Shown: positions 28,568 to 39,016, numbered from the stretch's first letter. The stretch is 64,000 nt of DNA from an uncultured delta proteobacterium (GCA_963711835.1 CAVQFQ010000015.1:64001-128000); one strand, 5' to 3'. Notes: a model not told the origin generated them from the letters alone. Numbers and translations: made by a program.

Positions 28568-29710
28568 TTAAAGCCCCAACTCGTTGGCAATCACCAGGTG
28601 TTGAATCTCGGAAGTGCCCTCGGTGACCGTAAACAGCTTCCCATCCCTCCAGTAGCGCTGGATGGGATACTCCATCATATAGCCGTAGCCGCCGTGGATC
28701 TGCATGGCATCGGCCAAAATCTTTTGCAGGATCTCCGAGGTAAAGAGCTTGACCATGGAGGACTCCTTGCGGACCTTTTTCCCCTGATCATACATCCAGG
28801 CCACCCGATAGGTATAGGAGCGCATGATATCCACATACATGGCCATCTCGGCCAGGCGGAAACGGTTGATCTGGAATTTGCTGATGGGCTTCCCGAACTG
28901 GATCCGTTCCTTGGCATACTGGGCCGTTAACTCATAGGCAGCCTGGGCCGTGCCGATGGAGCGGGCTCCATAGGTGATGCGGCCCGAGACCAGGGTGTCG
29001 GCCAGTTGGGCAAACCCGCCCCCCTCCTTTTCCCCGATCATGTTCTTGACCGGGACCCGGCAATCCTCAAAGACCAGCTCCCCGGTTTCGGCCGACCAAT
29101 TCCCCACCTTATTCAGCTTCCTGGAGACCGTGAAGCCGGGGGTCCCTTTCTCGACGATAAAGAGGTTGATCCCTTCTCCCCTTCTGGTTGGATCGGTATA
29201 GGCGGCCACGATCACATAATCGCAAATGGGGCCGTTGGTAATAAACATCTTGGTCCCGTTGATGGCATAACTGTCGCCGTCCCGAACGGCTTTGGTTTTT
29301 ATGGCCGCGGCATCGGAACCCACATCGGGCTCGGTTAGACCAAAAGCCCCGATCTTTTCCCCCTTAATGGCCGGGATCAGAAATTTTTCTTTTTGTTCCT
29401 CCGAACCAAAGCGATAGATCGGGGCGGTGGCCAGCCCGCTTTGAACCATCAGGCCGCTGGCGATCCCGGGATTTATTCGGCAGAGCTCTTCGACCATGAT
29501 GCATTCCGTGATCTTGTCGCCGCCTCCTCCGCCCAATTCCAGTGGATACCGGGGACAGAGGAATCCCTGGTCGCCCATCTTTTTAAAAAGCTGTTTAGGA
29601 AAGGTGTGGCTGGCTTCGGCTTCCTCCACCAGGGGGGCGATTTCTCTTTGGGCAAATTCCCGGATCGCCTCCCGAAAAATACGGTTTTCTTCGCTTAACT
29701 CAAAATCCAT
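28568..29710 (-). CDS. Acyl-CoA dehydrogenase
   Basis: GLTEPDVGSD, QIHGGYGY and EGTSEIQ motifs. Confidence 0.95.
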   Translation of the reverse strand: MDFELSEENRIFREAIREFAQREIAPLVEEAEASHTFPKQLFKKMGDQGFLCPRYPLELGGGGGDKITECIMVEELCRINPGIASGLMVQSGLATAPIYRFGSEEQKEKFLIPAIKGEKIGAFGLTEPDVGSDAAAIKTKAVRDGDSYAINGTKMFITNGPICDYVIVAAYTDPTRRGEGINLFIVEKGTPGFTVSRKLNKVGNWSAETGELVFEDCRVPVKNMIGEKEGGGFAQLADTLVSGRITYGARSIGTAQAAYELTAQYAKERIQFGKPISKFQINRFRLAEMAMYVDIMRSYTYRVAWMYDQGKKVRKESSMVKLFTSEILQKILADAMQIHGGYGYMMEYPIQRYWRDGKLFTVTEGTSEIQHLVIANELGL

Positions 29711-29733
29711 AATAGGTTTATCCTCCTTGATTA

Positions 29734-29807
29734 CTCACCGCAAAGACGCAAAGCACGCAAAGTATTTATTACTTTTTTCTTTGCGCCCTTTGCGCCTTTG
29801 CGGTGAG
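29734..29807. repeat. Nonamer (CGCAAAGNN)x3 array with an inverted partner
   Basis: CTCACCGCAAAGACGCAAAGCACGCAAAG ... CTTTGCGCCCTTTGCGCCTTTGCGGTGAG. Confidence 0.85.
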
Positions 29808-29817
29808 CTACTTTCTT

Positions 29818-30603
29818 TTATTCTCCTCTAAATATCGGCTTGCGTTTTTCCAGAAAGGCCTTCATCCCCTCTTCCCGGTCTTTGCTGGAGAAGAGGAGAC
29901 AGGCGGCCAGGCCCTCGTAGGCCAACCCCATAGTCAGCCCCAATTCCTGGCTGGCATTGATGGTTTTTTTGGCCCATTTGATGGCTAACGGACTCTGCTC
30001 GGCGATCTGCCGGGCCATGGATAGAACCACCGCTTCCAGTTGATCAACCGGGGTGACCTGGTTGATCAGCCCGATCCTGAGGGCCTCGGGAGCATCAATC
30101 ATCTTCCCGGTGAAGATGAGTTCCTTGGCCTTACCCAGACCCACCAGTTTGGGAAGACGCTGGGTGCCGCCGCTGCCCGGCATGAACCCCAGAAATATCT
30201 CCGGCTGGCCGAAGCGGGAAGACTCGGAAGCGATCCGAATGTCGCAGGCCATAGCCAACTCCAGGCCGCCGCCCAGGCATAGACCGTCGATCATGGCGAT
30301 GACCGGTTTTTCCATTTGCTCGAAACGGTGATAAAATTGCTGGGCCAGTGTAGCCGAAAAATGCTCCATCTCCAGGGGATTCATCCGGGCCAGTTCATTC
30401 AAGTCCGAACCGGCCACAAAGCTTTTTCCCCCGGCCCCGGAAAGGATCAGGACCTTCAGCTCACGATCCCTGATGGTATCTTCCAGGGCCTCCAGCATTT
30501 CCAGCCGGGCGGCCCGGTTCAGGGCATTGCGCTTGTCCGGCCGATTGATGATCAACCGGGCAATCCCGTTTTCTTTTTTATAAAGGATATGTTCAAAGGT
30601 CAT
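29818..30603 (-). CDS. Enoyl-CoA hydratase/isomerase
   Basis: FVAGSD, GGGLELA and FGQPEI motifs. Confidence 0.93.
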   Translation of the reverse strand: MTFEHILYKKENGIARLIINRPDKRNALNRAARLEMLEALEDTIRDRELKVLILSGAGGKSFVAGSDLNELARMNPLEMEHFSATLAQQFYHRFEQMEKPVIAMIDGLCLGGGLELAMACDIRIASESSRFGQPEIFLGFMPGSGGTQRLPKLVGLGKAKELIFTGKMIDAPEALRIGLINQVTPVDQLEAVVLSMARQIAEQSPLAIKWAKKTINASQELGLTMGLAYEGLAACLLFSSKDREEGMKAFLEKRKPIFRGE

Positions 30604-30612
30604 GTTTTCTCC

Positions 30613-31416
30613 TTACAGGATGATCTCTTTTCCTTTCATTAAACGGGCCTCCCGGAGAAACATCCCCTGCGGGTCGATCCGGCTGCGCAAGGTCTTCAAT
30701 TCCAATTCCGTCGCCGGTTCCAGGGGTCCGATCGGATCGGCCACTTTCAAGTCCCATTGCACATTTTTCTTCACTTCGTTGATGCTGGAAAGCGGTTGAT
30801 AAGCGGCCAGCATCATCTCCCCTTCTTCATCGAAGTGAAACAGGCCGAGTGTGGTCACCACAGCAAAGGGACCGGTCCCCGGTTTCAGGCCTGCTTCGAG
30901 GCGACTTTTTTTGCCGGTTAGATAGCCCGGCGTCGTTATGAAATCAACCCGTTCCGGGAACCGCCTTTTATCATGCTCAAGGATAATGACCGTCTTCGTG
31001 GCTAGGCTGCCAAAATCGCTGGCCCCCCCGCTTCCCCCGAACCGGACCCTCGGGGAATGATACTCCCCGATGCAGGTCGTATTAATGTTCCCATAGCGAT
31101 CTACCGAGGCGGCTGATAGAAGTCCCATATCGGCTCGACCGGCGTGAAGAATCATGCCCAGGGTCTCCAGAGAATTCCCCATGAGAACGGAACAGGAATT
31201 GATCACCGGATCGGCGGTGTAAAGAGGCGTGCGCTCCGGGAGACTCTCCAGGACCACCCCTCCTTCAAAACAGATGGCGCAATCCGGGGCCCAGAGGCTC
31301 TTGGCCAGCAGGGCGGCCAGGATCGGCCACTGGGTTCCCACCATAAGGACGCTGCCGTTCCTGATTAATCGGGCCGCCGTAACAATCATCTGTTCAATGG
31401 GTGTAAAGGGTGCCAT
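30613..31416 (-). CDS. Family I CoA-transferase beta subunit (GctB-like)
   Basis: VDRYGNINTT, GSGGASD and VDFITTPG motifs. Confidence 0.88.
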   Translation of the reverse strand: MAPFTPIEQMIVTAARLIRNGSVLMVGTQWPILAALLAKSLWAPDCAICFEGGVVLESLPERTPLYTADPVINSCSVLMGNSLETLGMILHAGRADMGLLSAASVDRYGNINTTCIGEYHSPRVRFGGSGGASDFGSLATKTVIILEHDKRRFPERVDFITTPGYLTGKKSRLEAGLKPGTGPFAVVTTLGLFHFDEEGEMMLAAYQPLSSINEVKKNVQWDLKVADPIGPLEPATELELKTLRSRIDPQGMFLREARLMKGKEIIL

Positions 31417-31422
31417 GGCCTC

Positions 31423-32394
31423 TTATCTCAATTCAAAATAGGTACTGAACTTCCCATAGGACACCGGATCGGACCAGTACTCCTGAGGTCGAAGGCCCTG
31501 CAGCCGTTCCGTTCCCAGCAGCTTCAGATAGCCCCGGCGGTTGTCCACCCCGAGGACCCATTTTTGTAAAAACGCCTCGAATAGCTTTTCGGTCCGGGTC
31601 TGGCGCTCATAGTGGGCTGAAAAAAGCCAGTCCATATCATAACATCCGGCCATGGAGGCCGGGTGGCTTCCCCAGGGTTCTTCAACCACCGCCGCTACTC
31701 GGAAACCTGGGATCAGGGTTCGATTAGGGTCCCGTTGTATGACCTCGGTCTCGACAATCTTCTCGGCACAGACGATGATTTTTTCACAGCTTTGAATCCC
31801 GTAAAGCGTGTCTCCCAGCATCCCCCAGGCCTGGGCATTGCCGAAAGAGTCGGAGCGCTGAACCTGAAGGATCCCCAGATCGTGCTTGATGGGCGGGATG
31901 AGGCAAACCCGTTCCCCGGAAAAAGGAGACTTTTCAAACCGAAGCCGATTGGTCAGGCCGGGGGGCCGGTTTTTTTCATCAAAGCTTGTCCCCAGCATGG
32001 TTTTGGTCGCCACATAGGGCAGGTCCATGGAACCGGCCAAATAGGCCAGATTGAGTCCCAGGATGGAATATTCTTCCAGTTCCAGACCCGTTCGGGCCTC
32101 TTTGGTCAAGGCCCGGACGAAACAATGGGTGGGCGCCGGAAGAGGATTCCAGCAAAAGGCCGTAATCAGCTTTTTAACCACCCCGGCCCCGATCAGTTGA
32201 TCCGCCAAAAGCATTCCGGCGCACTTGGAAATCGTCAGGTCCTTTTTCCTCTGACGGATAATCTCATGGGCCGCTGCAAAGGGTTCCTGTTGAAGAAAAC
32301 CGCCGAAATAGATGGTCTGCCCATCCTGCACATAGTGCCCGATGGCTTCCGAAAGGGGCATGAGTTTGTTTTGCTTGGCCATGGAAGAAGGCAT
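31423..32394 (-). CDS. Family I CoA-transferase alpha subunit (GctA-like)
   Basis: HEIIRQ, DQLIGAG and EPWGSHP motifs. Confidence 0.88.
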   Translation of the reverse strand: MPSSMAKQNKLMPLSEAIGHYVQDGQTIYFGGFLQQEPFAAAHEIIRQRKKDLTISKCAGMLLADQLIGAGVVKKLITAFCWNPLPAPTHCFVRALTKEARTGLELEEYSILGLNLAYLAGSMDLPYVATKTMLGTSFDEKNRPPGLTNRLRFEKSPFSGERVCLIPPIKHDLGILQVQRSDSFGNAQAWGMLGDTLYGIQSCEKIIVCAEKIVETEVIQRDPNRTLIPGFRVAAVVEEPWGSHPASMAGCYDMDWLFSAHYERQTRTEKLFEAFLQKWVLGVDNRRGYLKLLGTERLQGLRPQEYWSDPVSYGKFSTYFELR

Positions 32395-32415
32395 CTCCGG
32401 AATAAAGGGTTGGCC

Positions 32416-33981
32416 TTACCGTTTTGGGGTCTGCCGGGTGTATGTCTCCCGGAGAACCCGCTTCAACAGCTTGCCTGAAGGGGAAAAGGGTAGCTCCTTC
32501 ACGAAATAGACCTCCCGGGGTTTCTTATAGGAAGCCAGTTTTTGCCCGACATAGGCCGTGATCTCCTCTTCGGTGATCCGGCCCTCCTCTTTGGGGACGA
32601 TATAAGCGACAATTTTTTCCCCCCATTCGGGGTCGGGAACGCCGATGATAGCCGCTTCGTTGACGGCCGGGTGGTTGTAAAGGACCTCCTCGATTTCAGC
32701 GGGATAGATGTTGACGCCGCCGGAAATGATCATATCCACGGCCCGGTCCACGATGTAATAATAACCCTCTTCATCCATCCGGGCCATATCGCCTACGGTA
32801 AAATAGCCTTCATGATAATTGGCTTCTGTGGCCTGGGGATTTTTATAGTAGCCGTCCAGAAGAAATGGGCTCTTGACATACATGATGCCTATCTGGCCCG
32901 GAGGCACATCCTGTTTATTGACATCGAGCAAACGGATCTCATTGCCGATAGCCGGTTTCCCGCAGCTCCAGGGTTTTCGAAGCTGGTCTTCCGGACGCAG
33001 ATAGGTGGCGCAACTGATCTCGGTGCCCCCGAAAAATTCAAAGATTTTTCCTTCTCCAAAGAATTCGACGGCCCATTTTTTGACCGGGAAGGGAAACGAT
33101 TCCCCGCCGACGGTTATCACTCGAAGTGAGCGGTGGTCGTATTTATTTTTAATTTCTTTGGGAAGATTCATCATCCGGTTAACCATGGTCGGGACCATCC
33201 AGGTCGTGGTCACCCGGTATTGTTGAACCAACGATAGAAAGTTCTCGGCGTCAAACCGGGGCATGATCACCACGGTGTTACCCAGGATCAGGGAAAAAGC
33301 GGCCCAGCCGTAAGGGGCGGCATGATACAACGGCCCGGCCACCAAGTGGACGTCTTCATAGGTCGATTCAAACTGATAGGCATAGCCCATGAGGCTGTTC
33401 AAACGGTTGCGGCTGTTTCGGATGACCCCTTTGGGCCGACCGGTCGTTCCCGAGGTATAGATCAGGGAAGGGGCCACCCCAAAGGCCCCGGCATCGATCT
33501 GCGGCGAGTCGTCCGGGCTTCGGCTTATCAGATCGTAGAAATCCGAAATTCCCGGCACCGGTCGGCTGCCGCAACGGACATAAATTAAGTTGGGATCGGC
33601 CAGCTTCGGTTTGGCCGCCTGCACCACAGGCTCAAATTCATCGCCGTGGATCAACAGCTTGGATTCGGAATCATTGATGATGTAGGCCAGTTCGTCTTCC
33701 TTGAAGCGATAATTCAAGGCAATGGGAATGGCGGCCATCTTCCCGGCCGCACTCCAGGCCATCAGGATCTCCGGGCTGTTGTGCATCAAAATGGCCAGGC
33801 GGTCGCCGGGCGACAGACCTAGATTGATAAGGGCATTGGCCAGGGCATTGGTTTTTTTATCCAGCTCCTCATAAGTCACCACCCTCTCACCCATGATCAG
33901 GGCCGGCTTCTCAGGTGTTCGTCTGGCCTGGTTGGCGATCCCCAACCGTTCCTTATCAAACCTGCTGACGAAATCGATCAT
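32416..33981 (-). CDS. Acyl-CoA synthetase (AMP-binding)
   Basis: YTSGTTGRPKG, GPLYHAAP and DMIISGGVNIYP motifs. Confidence 0.93.
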   Translation of the reverse strand: MIDFVSRFDKERLGIANQARRTPEKPALIMGERVVTYEELDKKTNALANALINLGLSPGDRLAILMHNSPEILMAWSAAGKMAAIPIALNYRFKEDELAYIINDSESKLLIHGDEFEPVVQAAKPKLADPNLIYVRCGSRPVPGISDFYDLISRSPDDSPQIDAGAFGVAPSLIYTSGTTGRPKGVIRNSRNRLNSLMGYAYQFESTYEDVHLVAGPLYHAAPYGWAAFSLILGNTVVIMPRFDAENFLSLVQQYRVTTTWMVPTMVNRMMNLPKEIKNKYDHRSLRVITVGGESFPFPVKKWAVEFFGEGKIFEFFGGTEISCATYLRPEDQLRKPWSCGKPAIGNEIRLLDVNKQDVPPGQIGIMYVKSPFLLDGYYKNPQATEANYHEGYFTVGDMARMDEEGYYYIVDRAVDMIISGGVNIYPAEIEEVLYNHPAVNEAAIIGVPDPEWGEKIVAYIVPKEEGRITEEEITAYVGQKLASYKKPREVYFVKELPFSPSGKLLKRVLRETYTRQTPKR

Positions 33982-34024
33982 ATTTAAAACCCCTGCTGGA
34001 ACCCCTCAGACCTTGGACGGCATT

Positions 34025-35212
34025 TTATCCTAATTCATTGCCCAAAATAGCCACAGCGCTGATCTGGGGGGGGCCTCCGAAGGTATGGGACAAACCGAGC
34101 CGGGGATTTTTGATCTGCCTTTCCGGCAAATCGGCCTTGCCCTGCAATTGTTTATACACCTCATAATTCATGCGCAGTCCGCTGGCCCCAATGGGGTGAC
34201 CGAAGCATTTCAAGCCGCCGTCCACATTCACCGGCAGCCCTCCTTCCCGGGTAAAAAAGCCGGCATCCACATCCTCTTTGGCCCGGCCGCGGGGGCTGAA
34301 TCCGAAATCCTCATAAATCAGCAGCTCCGTGATGGAAAAACAGTCATGCACCTCGGCCAGGCTCAATTCCTCCCGGGGATTTTTGATTCCGGCCATTTGA
34401 TAGGCCCGTTGGGAGGAGTTGACCAGGGCATCGAAACTGATCCAACTGAATCCCGGCCGGAAGTGCGGCATCAGGGCGTCGGTGGAGATACCGAACCCTT
34501 TAAGGTAAATCGGGTCCGGCCGAAAGCTCTTGGCCCTCTCTACCGTGGTAATAATGGCGCAGGCGGCGCCATCGCTGTTCCCGCAGCAGTCAAACAGGCC
34601 CAGGGGCCAGGCTACGATAGGGGCTTTGAGAACCGTTTCCACCGTGATTTGATTCCGGAAATGGGCCTTGGGACAGAGGCTGCCGTTGGCATGGTTTTTA
34701 ACCTCGATCTTGGCCAGGGTCGTCTTCCCTTCCTCAAGGCTCAGGCCGTAAGTTTCAAAATAGCGCTGGGCAATCAATCCAAAAGAGCCGGGGGAGGTCC
34801 TCCGGGCCTCGTAGACCGGATGCATACCCCGGCCGGTTCCCAAACCCGGGTATCCGGTATCCTTCAGCTTCTCCACCCCTAAGGCCATAACCAGATCATA
34901 GGCGCCGCTGGCTACGGCCATACAGGCCTCCAGGAGAGCGATGTGGCCGGATGCACACCAGTTTTCATTCCGGATAATTGGGATATTCCCTAATTTCAAG
35001 CCGTCGGCCGCGATCGTTCCTGAGGTCCCGCCCATCGGGGCCATGACCGTAGAGAACCAGCAGGCCTCCAGGTCTTTGGGACCGATCCCGGCGTCCTCAT
35101 AGGCCTCGTAGGTCGCTTCTATGGCCAAATCCGCAGCTCCTTTGTCCCATCGTTCTCCAAATTTGGAGCAGCCCATCCCGATGATGGCTACTTTATCTTT
35201 TATGCTACCCAT
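34025..35212 (-). CDS. SCP2-type acetyl-CoA acetyltransferase/thiolase
   Basis: ENWCASG (Cys retained), EVHDCF and GHPIGASG motifs. Confidence 0.92.
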   Translation of the reverse strand: MGSIKDKVAIIGMGCSKFGERWDKGAADLAIEATYEAYEDAGIGPKDLEACWFSTVMAPMGGTSGTIAADGLKLGNIPIIRNENWCASGHIALLEACMAVASGAYDLVMALGVEKLKDTGYPGLGTGRGMHPVYEARRTSPGSFGLIAQRYFETYGLSLEEGKTTLAKIEVKNHANGSLCPKAHFRNQITVETVLKAPIVAWPLGLFDCCGNSDGAACAIITTVERAKSFRPDPIYLKGFGISTDALMPHFRPGFSWISFDALVNSSQRAYQMAGIKNPREELSLAEVHDCFSITELLIYEDFGFSPRGRAKEDVDAGFFTREGGLPVNVDGGLKCFGHPIGASGLRMNYEVYKQLQGKADLPERQIKNPRLGLSHTFGGPPQISAVAILGNELG

Positions 35213-35251
35213 AAGAATTTGCCTCCCGTAATCCGAACGAATTTTTAATTA

Positions 35252-35397
35252 ATGAAATTCGAATATCGAAATCCGAAACTCGAAACAAATCGAAATGACC
35301 AAAAATCTAAATTCAAAACGTTTAGTTTGTATTATTCGGATTTTAGAAATTTGAGTTTGTTTCGGATTTCGTGCTTCGTGCTTCGAAATTTATTCAT
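35252..35397. repeat. Heptamer (CGAAATY-like) array with an inverted partner
   Basis: AATTCGAATATCGAAATCCGAAACTCGAAACAAA ... TTTGTTTCGGATTTCGTGCTTCGTGCTTCGAAATT. Confidence 0.75.
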
Positions 35398-35456
35398 CCA
35401 TTTCTAACTTGCTGTTTCATCACGGTAAAAAATAATCAACGGTTAAAAACTGGTAT

Positions 35457-36890
35457 TCAACTTTTAATGGCCGGTCTCAGTTTCCAGAAATAGTTATGGA
35501 TGCCCATCCCGTCGTAGATCCTTCTGAAGGTAAAACTCACCGGCATCCCCACTTTCACTTGGGCAGGAACGCAGTCGGTCATCATGCCGTAAAAACGGAC
35601 TTTTTCTTTACCCATATCGGCAATAGCCTGGACCACGACCGGATCATCACTTCTTCCGGCCAGGTTATCCAGCGTAAAGGTAAAGATTTCCCCTTCGCTT
35701 TCCGAGATCGGCACTTCGACAAACTGATCTTTTGATTGGCAGTGGACGCAAATGCGCTGGACCGGAAAAGTCGTAGTCCCGCATTCCCGGCATTTACTGG
35801 CGTGACACTTAAGGACGCTGTTCCGATCCCGCCAGGACACCGTGGCCGAAGGGAAGAGCCGGAAGGGCTCGCCGGGGGCGGCCTCAACCAGCCCTTTATA
35901 GCTCAAAAATCGGGCATAGGAGGTCAGCATCAGTTTCTGGTTTAAAAATTCCTTTATTTTCTTCTGCTGCTGGGCCTGGGTAATCCGGTCAGTGGCCCTG
36001 AAGATCAAGGCGTCGGCCCCGTCGGCATAATTGGCCAGCAACAACAGCTCACCCGGACGGGCCTCCTCCAGGGCGTTTACCAGCATGATCAGGGCCTGGG
36101 CAGCGCCGCAGTGGCCCACGGACTGGATCAGGGGATCCTGGACCTGCGTTTTGATGTCAAGGCCCAGTTTCTGCACCAACCCCTTGTGGGTGCGAAGATC
36201 CGGAGCGGGGAGAATGGCCTTGGAAATATCCTTGATTTCCAGCTTGGTTTTTTTCAAAATGCCCCGCACGGCTTCAACCATGTGACTGGTGTAGCCTTCC
36301 GTCAGGATAAACCGACTTTCCCAGGTCCGGACAAAACGATCTTCCGGATTCCTCCAGACATCATGCATCTCATTGCAGATGGAGTAGCTTCCTTCACAAA
36401 CAGCCCAGGGATCCTCCCGGCTGACCAGTAAGGCAGCGGCGCCGTCGCCGAAGATCTGCTCCTGGTCCGAGCGCGGATACCCCAGGCGGGAGTCGGCGGC
36501 CGCCACCAGCACTTTTCCGGCCGAATCGCCGGCCACCGCGTCCAGGGCTGCTTTCAGTGCCCCGGTCCCGGCCCGAAGGGAAAACCCAAAATCCGCCGTT
36601 GTGAATTCCCGTTTCAGGTCCAGGGCGGTGGCCATCATAGAAGCGTTCAACTTTTCCTGATAGGGGGCGCTGGTCGTGGCGAAATAGAGGCCATCCAGAT
36701 CTCCCCTTTCGGTTTTCCGGAGACAATTTCGAGAGGCCTCCACAGCCATGGTGATGGCATCCTCGTCATTATTGGCTACCGTTCGCTCCCCACCCAGGGA
36801 GCCCCGTTCCCAGTTTCTGGCAATGATATCGCGCTCCAGGCGAAACGTAGGCAGGTAACATCCCGCCAAAGCTATTCCAACTTTATTCAT
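35457..36890 (-). CDS. HMG-CoA-synthase-fold / DUF35 Zn-ribbon-OB fusion protein
   Basis: DEDAITMAVEA and GDGAAA motifs; SLRAG instead of the catalytic Cys motif; C-terminal CREC...CVHC plus OB fold. Confidence 0.88.
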   Translation of the reverse strand: MNKVGIALAGCYLPTFRLERDIIARNWERGSLGGERTVANNDEDAITMAVEASRNCLRKTERGDLDGLYFATTSAPYQEKLNASMMATALDLKREFTTADFGFSLRAGTGALKAALDAVAGDSAGKVLVAAADSRLGYPRSDQEQIFGDGAAALLVSREDPWAVCEGSYSICNEMHDVWRNPEDRFVRTWESRFILTEGYTSHMVEAVRGILKKTKLEIKDISKAILPAPDLRTHKGLVQKLGLDIKTQVQDPLIQSVGHCGAAQALIMLVNALEEARPGELLLLANYADGADALIFRATDRITQAQQQKKIKEFLNQKLMLTSYARFLSYKGLVEAAPGEPFRLFPSATVSWRDRNSVLKCHASKCRECGTTTFPVQRICVHCQSKDQFVEVPISESEGEIFTFTLDNLAGRSDDPVVVQAIADMGKEKVRFYGMMTDCVPAQVKVGMPVSFTFRRIYDGMGIHNYFWKLRPAIKS

Positions 36891-36964
36891 AGGGTTTCCT
36901 CCATGTTATAAAAAATGGTTCTCCCCCCAACACGTTGGGATAAAGGAGCCAGGACAAGCCACTA

Positions 36965-37262
36965 ATTAAGGATCTCATAATAGTCATGACCTTAAATTGA
37001 GAAGCTTGCATTAAATGGGACCGGGGGGTCTTTTTTTCTGGGTTGTCCACCTTCAAGCCCAAAGCTTCTTTCCCGGGCCAAATTCGGGATCACATTCAGA
37101 GACAGGCCTACACAAATGCCCGAAACGGATTTGAGTGTATGCCCTGCACCTAACCCAGTTAGCCGTCCGGGCCGGGATAGGGCGATGATTTACCCTTTGG
37201 ACAACCCCAGAAAAGAAGACCCCCCGGTCCCTGTTGGTCACTATTATTTTGAGACCTTTAAT
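36965..37262 (+). repeat. Nested inverted-repeat element, copy 4 (most divergent)
   Basis: Inner IR 37017-37049 / 37198-37231; imperfect outer IR 36965-36991 / 37236-37262; 148-nt core with AGGCC, ATGCCC, GGGCCGG and ACCCTT blocks in register. Confidence 0.85.
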
Positions 37263-37304
37263 ATGATTGATAGCCCGCATAGGTGATCCTGGCCATCCGG
37301 TTGG

Positions 37305-38966
37305 TCACTTCATCATCTCAATCGGCAGGTATTCTCCAAAGACGTCCCTTAAAACCCCGCAGATCTCCCCCAAGGTGGCATAGGCCCTGACGGCCTCAAG
37401 AAACAGGGGCATGAGATTCTCCTCCTCCCCGGCGGCCTTTCGCAGGGCCATCAGGGCGGATTGGACCCGATCCCCATCCCGGGTTTCCCTGAGCTGTCTG
37501 AGCTTTTCCTTCTGACGTCTGGCGTACTCGGGATCGGATTTAAACAGGGGGAGATCCAGTTTCTCTTCCACCTGGTATTTATTCAAGCCCACGACGACCT
37601 TTTTATTCTCCTCGATCTCCTTCTGGATGGTATAGGCCCGCTCTTCGATCTCCCTTTGGATAAACCCTTTTTCAACAGCGGCCACCGCCCCCCCCCAATC
37701 GTCCACCTGGGCGATCAGGTCCTTGATCTCCCGGACCATCTTTTGGGTCAGGTGTTCCACATAGTAGGAGCCCCCCAGGGGATCCACGGTATCGGTGGCA
37801 CCGGTTTCATGGGCGATGATCTGTTGGGTCCTCAAACTGAGCCGCACCGATTTTTCCGTCGGCAGGGCCAGGGCCTCGTCGAAGGAACAGGCCGCAATCG
37901 ATTGCGCCCCCCCCAGCACCGCAGCCAGGACCTGGTAGGCCACCCGAATAATATTATTCTCCGGCTGCTGGGCGGTCAGGCTTACCCCGGAGGTCTGGGT
38001 ATGGAAGCGCAGCATCCAGGACCGGGGATCCCGGGCCTTAAAGCGATCGCGCAGGAGATCGGCCCAGACCTTCCGGGCCGCCCGATATTTGGCCACTTCC
38101 TCAAAGAGCTTGTTGTGGGTATTGAAGATCCAACTGATCCGGGGGGCAAAGGCGTCAATGTCCAGGCCGGCTTTCAGACCGGCGTCCAGATAGGCAATGG
38201 CATTGGAGAAGCTGAAGGCGATTTCCTGAACGGCTGAACAGCCGGCCTCCCGCATGTGATAGCCGGCCACATTCACGGTATTCCAGAGGGGGACCTGTTG
38301 ACTGCAAAAGGCGAAGATATCCGTGATCAGGCGAATCGAGGGCTGAGGCGGGAAGATATACGTCCCCCGGACCGTGTATTCCTTCAGAATATCATTTTGA
38401 ATGGTACCACGCAATTTTTCGGCCGGGACCCCCTGTTTCTCGGCCACCACGATATACATGGCCAGAAGAACGGCCGCCGGGGCATTGATGGTCATGGAGG
38501 TGGATAGCCGGTCCAGGGGCAGTTCTTTGAAGATGATCTCCATATCCTGAAGGGAATCCACCGGAACGCCGACCTTGCCCACCTCGCCCTCGCTCATAGG
38601 GTGGTCGGAGTCGTAGCCGATCTGGGTCGGCAGGTCGAAGGCCACCGAAAGACCGGTTTGCCCGTATTGCAGCAGTTGTTTAAATCGTTGGTTGGTTTCT
38701 TCGGCGGTCCCGAACCCTGAATATTGCCGCATGGTCCAGGTTCGCCCCAAATACATATTGGGGTGCACCCCCCGGACAAAGGGATATTCACCCGGAAAGC
38801 CGCTGTCGCTCACATAATCCATCCCCGACAGGTCATCCGGGGTATAGAGCACCTCGATCGGCTCCCCCCAATCGGAGCTCTGCCGGTCGCCCCGGCACTT
38901 TTTCAGGAGGGTCTCGGTCCAGCGATTTTTTTCTTCCCTAATCCTGTCGTACGGATCCTTCTCCAT
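37305..38966 (-). CDS. B12-dependent acyl-CoA mutase large subunit (methylmalonyl-CoA mutase N-terminal domain)
   Basis: PGEYPFVRG, TMRQYSGFG, GLSVAFD, GTIQNDILKEY..RGT; no B12-binding domain. Confidence 0.93.
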   Translation of the reverse strand: MEKDPYDRIREEKNRWTETLLKKCRGDRQSSDWGEPIEVLYTPDDLSGMDYVSDSGFPGEYPFVRGVHPNMYLGRTWTMRQYSGFGTAEETNQRFKQLLQYGQTGLSVAFDLPTQIGYDSDHPMSEGEVGKVGVPVDSLQDMEIIFKELPLDRLSTSMTINAPAAVLLAMYIVVAEKQGVPAEKLRGTIQNDILKEYTVRGTYIFPPQPSIRLITDIFAFCSQQVPLWNTVNVAGYHMREAGCSAVQEIAFSFSNAIAYLDAGLKAGLDIDAFAPRISWIFNTHNKLFEEVAKYRAARKVWADLLRDRFKARDPRSWMLRFHTQTSGVSLTAQQPENNIIRVAYQVLAAVLGGAQSIAACSFDEALALPTEKSVRLSLRTQQIIAHETGATDTVDPLGGSYYVEHLTQKMVREIKDLIAQVDDWGGAVAAVEKGFIQREIEERAYTIQKEIEENKKVVVGLNKYQVEEKLDLPLFKSDPEYARRQKEKLRQLRETRDGDRVQSALMALRKAAGEEENLMPLFLEAVRAYATLGEICGVLRDVFGEYLPIEMMK

Positions 38967-38977
38967 GATGCTTCCTT

Positions 38978-39016
38978 ACCCTCACCCCATCCCTCTCCCG
39001 TCGAGGGAGAGGGGGA
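38978..39016. repeat. GC-rich palindromic repeat
   Basis: CCCTCACCCCATCCCTCTCCC-gtcga-GGGAGAGGGG. Confidence 0.7.

Noticed and set aside
35457-36890. Mevalonate-pathway HMG-CoA synthase
   Set aside because: The catalytic Cys motif is absent and no other mevalonate genes are in the window.
9061-38237. Long antisense ORFs (e.g. 9061-9897, 11106-12050, 13726-14796, 27401-28531, 37461-38237)
   Set aside because: Shadow frames of well-supported GC-rich genes on the opposite strand, with no recognisable motifs.
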